Origin: Octopus sinensis
Taxonomy: Eukaryota
Direction of reading: 5' to 3'
DNA length: 64,000 bases
Assembly (NCBI RefSeq): GCF_006345805.1
Contig: NC_042999.1
Location: forward strand, 163,246,001 to 163,310,000
This document shows positions 1 through 12,476 of this stretch, piece after piece. Both the position numbers and the translations under genes were made by a program. The notes under the pieces are model-generated. The model saw nothing but the letters and a program-made list of their open reading frames with translations, ran no database searches and had not been told where the DNA came from. The number at the start of each line of letters is the position of its first letter. Position 1 is the stretch's first letter.

Positions 1-23
1 TATTCATACGTATACATATATAT

Positions 24-441
24 CTCTTTACTCTCTTTTACTCTTTTACTTGTTTCAGTCATTTGACTGCGGCCATGCTGGAGCACCGCCTTTAGTCGAG
101 CAAATCGACCCCGGGACTTATTCATTGTAAGCCCAGTACTTATTCTATCAGTCTCTTTTGCCGAACCGCTAAGTGACGGGGACGTAAACACACCAGCATC
201 GGTTGTCAAGCAATGCTAGGGGGACAAACGCAGACACACAAACACACACACATACATATATATATATATACATATATACGACAGGCTTCTTTCAGTTTCC
301 GTCTACCAAATCCACTCACAAGGCATTGGTCGGCCCGGGGCTATAGCAGAAGACACTTGCCCATGATGCCACGCAGTGGGACTGAACCCGGAACCATGTG
401 GTTGGTTAGCAAGCTACTTACCACACAGCCACTCCTGCGCC
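24..441 (-). mobile_element. tRNA-derived SINE, family A
   Basis: Reverse complement of GGCGCAGGAGTGGCTGTGTGG (A box)...GGTTCAGTCCC (B box), a central (TG/TA)n tract and a (GAGTAAA)-like tail. At least 7 copies in the window. Confidence 0.8.
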
Positions 442-619
442 AATACATGCGTATACAAAATTACATGCGTATAATCATATAAATCAGACAAAATATAGTT
501 ATTATTTTATACATCCACATAAAGTGAACATATTCAATTTTAAAATCCAAAAGAGTAATTCCAAACTTTTTGTCAAAGCTGAATTTAATCCACAATATTT
601 ATGCTTCTAATATCCGTAA

Positions 620-1410
620 GTTGATGAACAAACTAAATTTGTTTCTCTATTTTCTTATTTGTATTATAAATTTACGGTAAAAATATTTCTTTACCTTCAC
701 CTGTTTAATACAATAAATAAGTTAATTGCATTGCAATATTGTCATTCTGTAGTCTTTTGATAGTGAACTTTTCTTCCTTAGTGATATTTGGTTTGGGAAG
801 TTTCGCTTGTTCCAGCACTTGTCTCATTTTCCACCTTAGTTCATCTCCCTGAGCTTTTGGTATCTTTTTGGTTATCTCTTAAATAGAGGCTGTTATGTCC
901 AAGTATGGAATATGCTTGATGGTTGTCACAAAGTTGAGACCTTTATTCAGTACTGCTTCTTCAGAGCTTTCTAGATGTCGGCTGCTTACATTAATTACAG
1001 CCTTCAGAGGTGGGAGATGGATTTCAGTCTTCATTCTCTGACCTTTGAGTTTCATTAACTTTTTAATTTGGCGTGTCTTCACCATTTCAAATTCTTTCAT
1101 GTATGACTTTTCCAGATCTTGTTGGATTCTCTTTCTATCATCATCTCTGGTTATTTTCCAAAACGTTGTGTTAACAACAAACAAGATGAGGACAAATATC
1201 CATTAAATGTAAATAGTGTAAATAATGTAAATAATGCACATAGTTCCTCATCTCTTTAAAATAGAACTGTAAAAAATAACTGTCCAACCATACTCCTTCT
1301 TGTTGACTCTACTTTATTCAATTTTATTTTCACACACAATAAATATCTAAATCTAGACTTGGAAGACTATTGTAATACTACCGACTATTTGGTGAACGAG
1401 CGTTATTTTG
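620..1410 (-). pseudogene. Penelope-like element relic (N-terminal part of the ORF plus flank)
   Basis: ORF 879-1184 contains VINVSSRHLESSEEAVLNKGLNF, typical of the region preceding the RT domain in Penelope-like elements. Disrupted; boundaries approximate. Confidence 0.55.
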
Positions 1411-1880
1411 AGAGCAAGAGATGTAGTAGATAACATTGCTGGAGGTGCAGGTAAAAGAGTCAGTGATGTGGTAGTGCTGGTAGTGGTTGCTGGTAAGAAT
1501 AGTGGTGTTGGAGTGGTAGGAGTAGGTGTGACAGCATTGGTGAGAGCAGGGGAAGGAGCCAGTTTGGGTGCCAGGAGTAGAGAAGAAACAGTAGACCAGA
1601 AGGTCTTGCAGGTTATGGGCGCATTTAAAAGAGAGAAAGGGTGGGTTAGGGAAGAAGTGGGAATTGGAGGGGCCAGACTGGAGTCAAGGGACGGCTCAGA
1701 GAATGGTGTGTTGGAGAGTAGGGTGGAGGGGAGGTTGGTGGGAAAGGGTGGGGTGGGTGTAGGGAAAGAGAACAGAGGCACAGTCAATGGATCGTGCTCA
1801 GGTAAGGGCAGTTTGGATAATGTAGTGAGAAGTGGTAAGCCATGAGTTGAGACTGGGTCTCAAAGTTAAGGTCATCACTG
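1411..1880 (-). repeat. Direct duplicate of 6955-7427 (internal piece of a Penelope-like element)
   Basis: About 470 bp with only 2 differences found by eye; ORFs 1408-1845 and 6789-7391 translate identically over the shared part. Confidence 0.9.
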
Positions 1881-2633
1881 CTACGTTCCTAATTAAATAT
1901 ACCTTAAATAAATAAACAAATATATATATATATATAATTCAAATTTACAGAAAACAAAAGATGAAGACAGATGAGGGAACAACAATTAGGTGTATTAGCT
2001 TAACGCTCAAGAAGAATGGAAAAGTCTTTGATGTTTTGAGCCTATGCTCTTTGAAAAAAGGGAGAGATAATGAAAAAGTAGAGAGAAAAAATGTGTAGGG
2101 ACTAATGGTTCAATATGATAAAATGACCAGAAGAAAGCTGAGTGAAAGGGAGATAATAATGGTGACTCAGCTGAACTAGGATGTGCATGTGTGTATGTGA
2201 GGATGGTGTGTGTGGGTGTGTATATGTGAATGGAAGCAAGCACGTGTAAATGTATGTGTGGACAAGCTTAAAATATGTGTGTGAGAGTATGTGTATAAGT
2301 AACCTAGTGTGTGTATTTTGTGGAGTGATGGCATTTCATGTATCTATGTGTATGTGTGCCTGCAAATGGATGTGTGTATATGTATGTGAGGCTATCATGT
2401 GTGTGTATGTTAGTGCATGGAGTGTGTGTGTGTCTAACCCTATAGAGTGCATGTATATGTTTCTGTGCAATATGTATATATATATACATATATATGCATT
2501 TATGTGTTGTGTGTGCTTTTTGGAGTGAATACTGCGTGTTGTGAGGGAATGCATAGAGGTACGAGGTGGGATAGGGGTGACAAGAGTTAGGGATTGGGAA
2601 GTATTAGGTGCTAGTCTGTGAATGCATGTGGGA

Positions 2634-3320
2634 AAAGAAAAGAAACAGATCCAGAGCAAACGCTCAAATGAAGAAAGGCCAGTATGTATCCATTACAGGC
2701 GCAACAAGTGCAAACATGGTCTTTCAGGTACAGGGTGCATGTACAGTCACCCCAAACCATGCAGACCATATATCAACTTCGGTACTGATCGAAAAAAAGG
2801 ATGCCAAAATGGCCGAGAATGTGAACTCCTTCACCCAAAGATGTGCCGCAATTTGCTGAGAAAAAAAGAATGTTTTGGTGAGAATTGCAAATTTATGCAC
2901 CGGAAGGGTACAATTCGCATAAAAACTACTGAACCCACACCACCAGGACCAAGCTCAGCAGGGTATGAAAACCATTTCCCAAAAATGCGGAACCCAGGTC
3001 ATGGCTCAACAGTGAATGAAAATCATGCTACTCAATTGCATACATCAGCTGTAACAAACCCAAACTCGCAGAAATTTGATATAGTAATGAATGAAAGCAG
3101 TTTTTTAGGCATAATCTACCAACTACAACAACAGCTGTACTCCATACAGACGACTCAGCAAAACCAGGCAACATTGATACAAAGGCTGACACCTGGACTT
3201 ACAGGGCACATACAACAAATACAGACAGCCCAGCAGACCGAATATCCAGTCAGCACAGTCCCAGCAACTACAACAGTCTTGCCAACAATAGGGCAGATGT
3301 ATCTGGTACAACAAGCATAA
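2634..3320 (+). CDS. LINE ORF1 remnant, triple CCCH zinc finger
   Basis: C-x7-C-x8-C-x3-H, C-x13-C-x5-C-x3-H and C-x8-C-x4-C-x3-H, followed by a Q-rich region. The ATG at 2622 probably belongs to flanking GT-rich DNA. Confidence 0.7.
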   Translation, partial: KEKKQIQSKRSNEERPVCIHYRRNKCKHGLSGTGCMYSHPKPCRPYINFGTDRKKGCQNGRECELLHPKMCRNLLRKKECFGENCKFMHRKGTIRIKTTEPTPPGPSSAGYENHFPKMRNPGHGSTVNENHATQLHTSAVTNPNSQKFDIVMNESSFLGIIYQLQQQLYSIQTTQQNQATLIQRLTPGLTGHIQQIQTAQQTEYPVSTVPATTTVLPTIGQMYLVQQA

Positions 3321-6291
3321 TAACAGCAAATATCCAGGGTCTTTATCCGAAAACAAAACAGTGTAAAGTCCCTTTCTTGGAAGAATTAGCAACAGAAAAC
3401 AACTCCAAAATAATTGGAATTACTGAAAGTCATCTCAACGAAAACATCCGCAACAGCGAAATCACAATCAATAGATTCAACATCTTCAGATGTGATAGAC
3501 AAGGCAGATCCCATGGGGGCGTTATCATGTATATCCATGATACCTATGCAGGCATAGAACTTGTCAATGAATCAAATGCCTACTGCAACCTGCTGTGCAT
3601 AAAAATCATCCAACTTAATACAGTTGTAACAATAATGTACAGACCGCCAAACAGCCCAACATTATCCTTCACTGAGCCACTGACAAAGCTCCAACAAATT
3701 CTGGGAAACATGGCAAGTCCAATGCCAGACATTATCCTCCTTGGTGACTTCAACTTCCCTAACATCATCTGGCCACATGGACACATACTAAAACTGGGGA
3801 CAAAAGCTGAACAAATACAGGCAGCCAAACTGTTGGAAGTCACAGAGAAATTATACCTCAAACAAATGATGACAGAAGCAACAAGAAATAATAATACGAT
3901 CGACTTGGTTTTCACCAACAACGAGGACACGCTATTTGACCTTCACTCAACCCCAACAATCCTTTCAGACCACAATATTATTGAAATGCATTTACACACT
4001 GGTAATGAGCCCAATGCCACAACTCTTAAACAAAAGGACATGCCAAAGCTATGCAGGTATGATTATCACCAGGCAAATTGGGAAACTATTAACAACCAGT
4101 TACAAATCATTGACTGGGATCTCTACCTTACTGGGCCAGATAAACACAAGAAATTCTTAAACAAGATCGAAGAAATATGTGAAAAAAATGTTCCTCTAAA
4201 GAAAACCAAGTCTACAAAAAAACCTGTACCATGGGAGCGAAAGATCCTGATGCGCAAAAGGTCAAGACTAAGAAACAAAACATCTAAGCTGACATCAAAA
4301 CATGAATTACAGAAAGTCCTTGACCAAATATACAGATTAGAAGACAATCTAAAACAACACTATGATGAAGAATGTAACAATGCAGAAAAGAGAGCCATAG
4401 AAAACATCAAGAAAAATCCAAAATGTTTCTACAGTTTTGCAAAGAAATACTCGAATACCAAGTCAACAATAGGACCTCTCCAGAGACAAAATGGGGATGT
4501 AGTGAATAACCCTATTGAAATGGCAGAAATGTTGGGTCAACAGTATGAAAGTGTCTTCAGTGAGCCATCTAAAACCATGAAGATCCATGACCCAGGAAAA
4601 TTCTTCAAGGATATCGACCATACTAAACCTACCCTATCCGACATTGATTTCAACCCAGAAGACATAGCAAGAGCCATAGACAAGCTCTCCATGCACTCGG
4701 CTGCGGGGCCTGACGGTTTCAATGCCATGATACTTAAAAACTGCAAGGTACAATTGTCGAAACCCCTTTACATGATATGGAGGGAATCTATGGAGAATGG
4801 CAAAATACCAAATACATATAAAGAAGCACACATAACTCCAATACATAAAGGGGACAGCAAATCAAAACCAAAGAACTACCGACCAATCTCACTGACATCA
4901 CACATTATCAAGGTCTTCGAAAGAATAGTTCGTGGAAAACTGGTTGAGTTCCTGGAATCCAACAATCTGATGAATTGCAACCAGCATGGATTCAGGTTAG
5001 GTAGATCATGTCTTTCCCAACTACTAGCACACCATGACCAAATCCTAGAAAATCTAGAGAATGGATACAACACAGATGTTATTTACCTCGACTTTGCCAA
5101 AGCATTTGACAAGGTAGATCATGGTCACAAACTTCGAAAGCTAGGAGTAGGAGGAAAAGTTGGTACATGGATACATGAGTTCCTTACAAATAGAACTCAA
5201 ACAGTCACTGTGAGTGGAACCCATTCAACACCATCACCAGCAGTGTTCCTCAGGGTACAGTACTCGGCCCAATCCTGTTTCTCATCCTCATCTCTGACAT
5301 AGATGAAGATACAACCAGCAACGTCTCATCCTTTGCTGATGACACCAGGGTCATGAGACAAATCAAAGACGAGGTGGATACAGAGGCCTTACAAAAGGAC
5401 CTGACCACCATATATAAATGGCAGGAAACAAACAACATGTTGTTCAATGATAAGAAGTTTGAACTAATTCGCTACGGAACAGATCAAGATCTGAAAAATA
5501 CAACAAACTGCAGAAACCCATCAGGACAACAAATAATGGAAAAACAGTATGTGAAAGATTTAGGCATCCACATGGGAACCAACCTAAAATTCAGAGAACA
5601 CCTTGACTCAGTCTGTCTTACTGCAAGAAAGTACAGCGGGTGGATCTTGCGCACCTTCAAATCAAGAGATACCTCAACAATGAAAACCCTCTGGAACAGT
5701 ATGATACTTCCGAGGATTGACTACTGTTCTCAGTTATGGTCACCAACAACAAAAGGCCAACTATCTAAGATAGAATCGCTCCAAAGAAATTTTACCTCAT
5801 ACTTCTCAGAAACGAGGGACCTGGACTATTGGCAAAGACTCAAAACCTTGAGGATGTACTCAATAGAAAGAAGATTTGAGCGATACCGAATTATATACAT
5901 TTGGAAAATGATAGAGCAGAAGGTGCCAAACTTTGGTATCAAAACCTACCACTCACTGCGCCACGGAAGACGCTGCCAGCTGCCACCAATCAACAAAAAG
6001 GCTGGCCAGGCAGCAAAAACCCTGCGAGAATCAAGTCTGTTGGTTCGAGGAGCACAACTGTTCAACTCCATTCCGGTACATGTCAGAAATCTATCAGGAT
6101 GCAGTGTGGAATCATTCAAATTGCAGCTGGATAGATACTTAAGCACCATTAGAGATGAACCCCATCTCCCAGGATATACACAACGAGCACAAACTGACTC
6201 AAACTCGCTCCTACACATGTCAAAATTAAGCAGAGAATACAACCTGGCAACCACACCAGACTCTGAGGGTGGAGTCTTCGACTTGGCCTGA
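3095..6291 (+). pseudogene. LINE ORF2 (endonuclease + reverse transcriptase), frameshifted near 5236
   Basis: Frame open from 3095 (after TGA 3092-3094) to 5302, continuing in another frame to 6291. Comparison with copy 2 shows 9-bp and 7-bp deletions in this copy. Confidence 0.85.
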
Positions 6292-6779
6292 GCATGGACT
6301 CAAACCCAAATGAAATGAAATGAAATGAAATGGGAGTGTGCCTAATGGTGTGTGGGGCGGGTACTGAGTTGAACAGTGTTCAGGAGCGTTCATATAATAG
6401 TGTGTGTGGTGAGAATATTGGAGAGTGTGTGGGTGTGTGCTGTGTGTATAATAGTATGTGGTGTGGATACTGGGAGGTGTTGGGTGCTAGTATGTGTGGA
6501 GTTGGAAGCTGAGTGTGTATAGGTGTGTGCATAATGGTGTGTGGTGTGGGCACTGAGTTGAGCAGTGTGTGTGGGTATTTGTATAATGGTGTATGTGGTA
6601 AGGGTACTGGGTTAGGTGGTGTACAGGTGTGGGGGTGGTAGGTGTGTGGGTGGTAGGTGTGTGGGTGGGAGATGTGTGGGAATATGTGTGAGGTTAGTGT
6701 GAGATGAATAGAGATGGTAAATTAAGGTCATAAGGAGCAAAGGAATGAAGAGAAAAGATTAATTCCTGTTTACAATGGA

Positions 6780-8080
6780 GGCAGGAGTGTGGGTGGCACC
6801 TGTGCTAAGACAGTCCAAACACAGACAGATGTTGTAGTGAATGACTGGTGGAGTGGAAGTGGCATGAGACTTGCCAAGTCTGATGTCTCAGAGGTACTCA
6901 GTGAACTGGTCAGTCAAGCAGTGTCCTATTTGACCAATGTACAGGGAAGGACAGAGAGAGCAAGAGATGTAGTAGATAACATTGCTGGAGGTGCAGGTAA
7001 AAGAGTCAGTGATGTGGTAGTGCTGGTAGTGGTTGCTGGTAAGAATAGTGGTGTTGGAGTGGTAGGAGTAGGTGTGACAGCATTGGTGAGAGCAGGGGAA
7101 GGAGCCAGTTTGGGTGCCAGGAGTAGAGAAGAAACAGTAGACCAGAAGGTCTTGCAGGTTATGGGCGCATTTAAAAGAGAGAAAGGGTGGGTCAGGGAAG
7201 AAGTGGGAATTGGAGGGGCCAGACTGGAGTCAAGGGACGGCTCAGAGAATGGTGTGTTGGAGAGTAGGGTGGAGGGGAGGTTGGTGGGAAAGGGTGGGGT
7301 GGGTGTAGGGAAAGAGAACAGAGGCACAGTTAATGGATCGTGCTCAGGTAAGGGCAGTTTGGATAATGTAGTGAGAAGTGGTAAGCCATGAGTTGAGACT
7401 GGGTCTCAAAGTTAAGGTCATCACTGCAGAGATGGTGTAGTAAGGGTTGGAGAATTTGGTATGGGTAGGTTGGGAGGAGAAGTTGAGATAAGAGTGTGTG
7501 TGTTTGTAGTGGATGGAGGTGGTAAAGGAAATGTCAAGGGATTCAATGGAGGAGTTCAAGACAGTGCAAAATTCGAGGGTAGGATGGAAGGACTGGATGA
7601 AGGAAAGGAAGGAGTAAAGATGTTCACGGGAGAGTGAGGTCATGCCAATACAGTCATTGATATAACAACTGTATAGCTCAGGAGTAGGACCAGTGAACTG
7701 TGAAAATATTTGTGCCTCAACATAACTAATGAACAGGTTTGCATAGTTGGGTCCCATTCTCGTTCCCATGGTCCACATTCCCAAGACCTATTGGTAAAAC
7801 TACCTGTGAATGAGAAGCAGTTGAGGGAGAGGACAAGTTCAGCCAAAGAAGTGTGGAGGTGGGACAGGTGAAGGCAGCCAGGGTTGTTGAGCTTGTGGAT
7901 TTTGGGAAGGAAGTAAATAGTGGGGCATGGACAAAAAGGTTGGAGGTGATGATGAGAAGATGGGAGGAGGAAATGAGGTCATGAATGGTGGAAGATACAA
8001 TCCGTTGGTAGTTTGGCATAGGGTTGGAGGGCAGAGGGCAATAGGAGGAGGTGTCTTGAAGTATATATACACACACACAT
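6780..8080 (-). pseudogene. Penelope-like element relic (RT, linker, GIY-YIG)
   Basis: Minus strand gives MGTRMGPNYANLF and FTTSIHYK (RT), FKCAHNLQDLLV (linker) and SLYIGQIGHCLTDQFTEYL (GIY-YIG-like); multiple frameshifts and stops. Confidence 0.7.
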
Positions 8081-8110
8081 ACACACATCTATATATATAT
8101 ATATATATAT

Positions 8111-8330
8111 CATCATCACATGACCGACCAGTTCATCAGATGTAGTTACACATCGCTGGTCACAATGCGTTCGCATTGTTTTAGCCTTCAAATGACGCCA
8201 CCCCGCTGGCTAAGCGAGCAGGCCAACAGAAGAAAGAGTGGGAGAAAGAGTGATGAAAGAGTACAGCAGGGATCACCACCCCCTGCCGGAGCCTCGTGGA
8301 GCTTTTAGGTGTTTTCGCTCAATAAATACT
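8111..8330 (-). mobile_element. SINE-like 3' fragment with an (ATG)n tail
   Basis: GC-richer block between (TA)n tracts ending in GTGATGATG on the minus strand; family not identified. Confidence 0.4.
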
Positions 8331-8344
8331 CATATATATATATA

Positions 8345-10200
8345 TATGGCCTGCTCACCTTACAGACAGCATTCCTGTACAGGGCTTGTACAGCACTTAC
8401 CAACCAGTCATCTATCCCCAATTTCCGCATTGACCACCAGATAAGGGATTGGGGGACCCTGTCAATGGCTTTCTCCAAGTTAACAAAAGCCAAGTACAGA
8501 GGTTTATCTTTGGCTAGATATTTCTCCTGCAGTTGCCTTACCAGAAATGTAGCATCAGTGGTGCTTCTGCCAGGCACAAAACCAAACTGCATCTCATCTA
8601 GCTTTTCTCTCTCCCTAATTAGTTGCACTATGACCCTATCTGTAATTTTCATCACCTGATCCAATAGTTTGATACCCCTGTAGTTATTTCTATCTAAAGC
8701 ATCACCTTTACTCTTGTAGCAGTTGACTATGGCACTGCTGCACCAGTCATTGGGTATGACTCCTTCATAAACTGATTTACAATGCAGGTGACAAGACTAT
8801 AACCCACACCGCCCAATATTTTAAGCATCTTAGCAGTGATTCCTGATGGGCTAGGTGCTTTCCCTATCTTCATATCCTTATTTGCTTTATCTACCAGGGT
8901 ACTGTCGATTCAAGTAACTGGCCCCTCAATTGGGTCAACCTTTGACAGACTCTCCTCCTCCCATTCATTGTCCACATACAGCAATCTTTCATAATGGCAT
9001 CTCCAAGCCTCTTTCTTTGCAGAATCATTAAACGCAAGGGCACTATCATTCATGCAGACACATTTCTCTCTTATGACATCATGGTTTTCTCTCATACACT
9101 GTCTTGTAATCCCAAACACTTAAGTTCTTTGGTCCTCACATCACTGGACATTGGCAAACGTCTTTTCTGCTACTCCCTTGGCTATATATACCTATCTCCT
9201 AGCTTCCCTTTTGGCTATTTGATACATTCTCCTGCTACTCCCACTCTTCCAGGTCTTTCACGCCTGTTTCTTTGCTCTAATGGCCCTGTCTACAGTATTT
9301 TTCCACCACCATGTTACCCTAGGTCTGGAAGGGACTTGGCACCAGCCACAGACTTGGTCTGTGGTGTTCAGCAAGCTGTCTTGTAGGAATTTGCAGCTGC
9401 CTTCTATTTCACAAGACTGTAGCTCCTACTCCCTATCATCAAATTTTTCAATAAGGATCCCTAAATCTCTGACCATGTGAAGGGTTCTTAAGCTTCGAAG
9501 TCCTTCTTTTCCAGATTGGTCTGCTTTTTGGTAACCTTCTGGCCTCAAGTCTAAAGTCACTAATAACTAGTCTATGCTGGGGGGTACATTCTTCACCAGG
9601 GAGGGGCTTTGTATTTAAGAGCAACTATGCACCCCACTGTCTGGTGAGAGTGAAATCAATCTGGCTAGCAGAGTCACCTGACTGATAGGTTATCAGGTGG
9701 CTAGCTGGCTTCCTGAAGTTGTTGTTGCAAATTAATAGGTTATTCGCTTTGCAGAACTCCAGGAGCCTAGTTCCCTCTTCATTTCTGGTGTCAACGTCAT
9801 GGCCCCCGTGTACACCATGGAAGATACCAGGTTGCTGTTCAACATGCCCATTAAAATCTCCAGTCACAAAGATGAGATCATTGTCACTCGTCTTTGAGGT
9901 AGCTTTCAGAAGAATATCATAAAAGTGATCCTTCTCTTCATTTCGTAGGCCCACTTGTGTGGCATAGGCAGAGATAATTGTAGCTATACCATTCTGCAAG
10001 ACTAGCCTGAGTTTAAGTATTCTACACCCTCACTACTTCTATGACCTTTAGGTATTATACACCCTCACTACTTCTATGACCTTATCTACCTATTTCTGTG
10101 GAAGAAGTATCTTAACACCCGGTATTATTACCTTCCCAGAAGAGTTTATATCTATGTGCTTTGCTTGTGAGGATTCTGGCTGAAGCTCCTCTCCACCTTA
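8345..10200 (-). pseudogene. RTE-type LINE fragment (endonuclease to mid-RT)
   Basis: IISAYATQVG, GDFNGHV, LICNNNFRK and SQIDF (APE endonuclease); QFGFVPGRSTTDA and LAFVNLEKAIDRVP (RT). Broken into several ORFs. Confidence 0.8.
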
Positions 10201-11173
10201 CCTCTTCTATGCAACATACATCAATCAAGTCTCCATTCAAGCATCATATATATATATATATATAAATATATATATGAATCTATCATCATCATCATCATAT
10301 ATATATTAATCAAAGTGGGTTACTACTAAAAACAACAACAATAACAAAATAATAGTAATAGTTTATTTTATGTAAATCAACACTGCAACACACATGATAC
10401 AATACAAATAATGAATAGTTATGGGCATGTAATACAAATATTTTTGATAATAATAACTGTTTCTAACTTAGGTACAAAGTCACTAATTTTTGAGGGGAGG
10501 AGTTTGACAATTACATTGACACCAGTACTTAGGAGGAATGTATTTTTATTGCTCTTAGAAGGATGAAAGCTGAAGCTGATCTCAGCAAGATTTGAACTAA
10601 AGTGTGGAACTAATAGCACAAAGAATTTTTTCCAACACTCTAATAATTCTGCTAATCAACCATCTATAAATAGAAAAGAGAAAAAAATAATAGGAGCTTC
10701 AAGTTTGATAAAAAACAACAACATTTAGACAAATACATAAGCAAACCTCCAGGACTTATAAATATATATATAAGATACAGAAAATAGCACTGCTAGGCAC
10801 TGCACATATCTTACATTCAGCACTATCGATATAGCAAAAATAACAACACAAGCACAGAGTTGTGCTCAACAGTGAAATGCAAGCACACAATAAAAATAAG
10901 ACTGCTGAATGATGATGATGATGATACTTTCTAATTTTGGTATGAGGTCAGCAAATTTCAAGATAGGGAGCAAGTCATCAACTCTAGTTCTTGGTTGGTA
11001 CCTTATTTTATCAACCTCAAAAGTATGAAAAGCAAAGCTAACCTCAGCAGGATTTGAACACAAAGAGTTGGACAAAATGCCACTCTGCATTTTGTCCAGT
11101 GCACTAATGATTCACCTTATGAATAATATGAATAATGATGATGATAATGATAATGATGATGATGATGACGATG

Positions 11174-11716
11174 CAGTACCAGGCAGTGGCTCTCATGGCT
11201 TCTGATCTTAACTGATTGGAAGGGTTATCATGTACATTGTTTTGTTTTGGTATAAAAGATGGGCTACAGCAAATATTCTGCTCAATACCACAGATTTGGT
11301 TGTCAGTTGTTTGACCTTAACCAGTTGAGCATGTCCCTTAGTGGCTGACGATATGCGCATCTCTGATCACGAGCAGAAGTAGTGGGGGTGCAACATAGCC
11401 ATGTGTTGAGAGGAATTCTTTGGGGTTTGAATAATTCACGTCTGGAAGCCTAGGTGTTTCATTCAACATTCTTAAACAACCCTTATTCAGGGACCTTTTG
11501 AGTGGGATGGGCTACTCAGCCTGATGAAAATTCTAACTGGGCCCCACCTGCAAGGTCATGTGCTGTTTATCTTGATATGAGATCACCATGTCGCTCACAT
11601 ATGGTTGTGACGCATGTGCCTGGTGTACCCCTATCAGATGGGTAGTCATGATGGGTATATTGGGCTTCATATATTTTATCCTAGTGTCACTTTGATGGCA
11701 AGCATTGCTCTCTCAC

Positions 11717-11720
<4 letters not shown>
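11174..11720 (+). mobile_element. Interspersed repeat family C (SINE or LINE 3' UTR) with an (AAT)n tail
   Basis: An inverted copy lies at about 49604-50034; this copy is followed by (AAT)n at 11718-11790. Confidence 0.6.
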
Positions 11721-11774
<54 letters not shown>

Positions 11775-11789
11775 CAACAATAATAATAA

Positions 11790-12476
11790 TAATGATTATA
11801 ATAAACATGTAACTGCAGAATATGTGGAGATGGACAAGAAACAATAAATCATATTATCTCTGGCTGCCCAGTCCTGGCTAAGAAGGAATATATTCACTGG
11901 CTCGACAGATTTGGGACCTATATACACTGGAAGCTATGCCAACACTAACAGAAAAAAGATGGTATAGGCACACGCCAGAAAAGGTCACAGAAAATGAGAA
12001 AGCAACCATACTACGGAATATGCCAAAACACACAAATAGAGAAATTAAGGCTAATAGGCCAGATATAGTTGTCAGAGATCACCAAGAAAAAATGTTTTCT
12101 AATTGATGCATCAATACCAACAGATGACAATGTTTCTTTAAAAGAAACAGAAACTTTCAAAATACAAAGTCTGGAAATAGAGGTAACTCGAATGTGGAGT
12201 CTAAAAACAGAAACAATTCCTATCATAGTAGACGCATTAGGTATGATAAAAAAATATTCAGACAAATACACAACAAAAATACCAGGACTAACAAGTATAT
12301 ATAACATACAGAAAATAGCACAACTGGGCACTGCACACAACCTATGTAAAACACTTTCAATACAGTAAACATCAGAGCATCACAGCAAACCACAGCACAT
12401 ACCCAAGACACACAGAGCTGCGCTCGGTGGTGCAGTGAAAGCACATGATAAAAATAGTAGTAGTAATAATAATAAT
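11790..12476 (+). pseudogene. 5'-truncated R4/Dong-like non-LTR element (restriction-like endonuclease)
   Basis: Fragments read as a CCHC knuckle (C..CGDGQETINHIISGC), ANRPDIVV, FLIDASIPTDDN and IPIIVDALG, followed by a (TAG/TAA)n tail. Confidence 0.7.

Larger units (their letters stand above)
2633..6331 (+). mobile_element. CR1/L2-group LINE, copy 1 (5'-truncated within ORF1)
   Basis: ORF1 remnant with three CCCH fingers. ORF2 has APE endonuclease motifs (ITANIQGL, GITESHL, GDFN, SDHN) and RT motifs (QHGF, YLDFAKAFDKV, PQG, FADD). Ends in an (AAATG)n tail at about 6308-6331. A 7-bp deletion near 5236 frameshifts ORF2. Confidence 0.92.

Noticed and set aside
2010-2065. Possible hammerhead ribozyme remnant on the minus strand (GAGC-ATAG-GCTC stem followed by AAAAC), and other CTGATGA hits such as 11522
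   Set aside because: The CUGANGA and GAAA cores are absent or decayed and no complete three-stem fold could be built.
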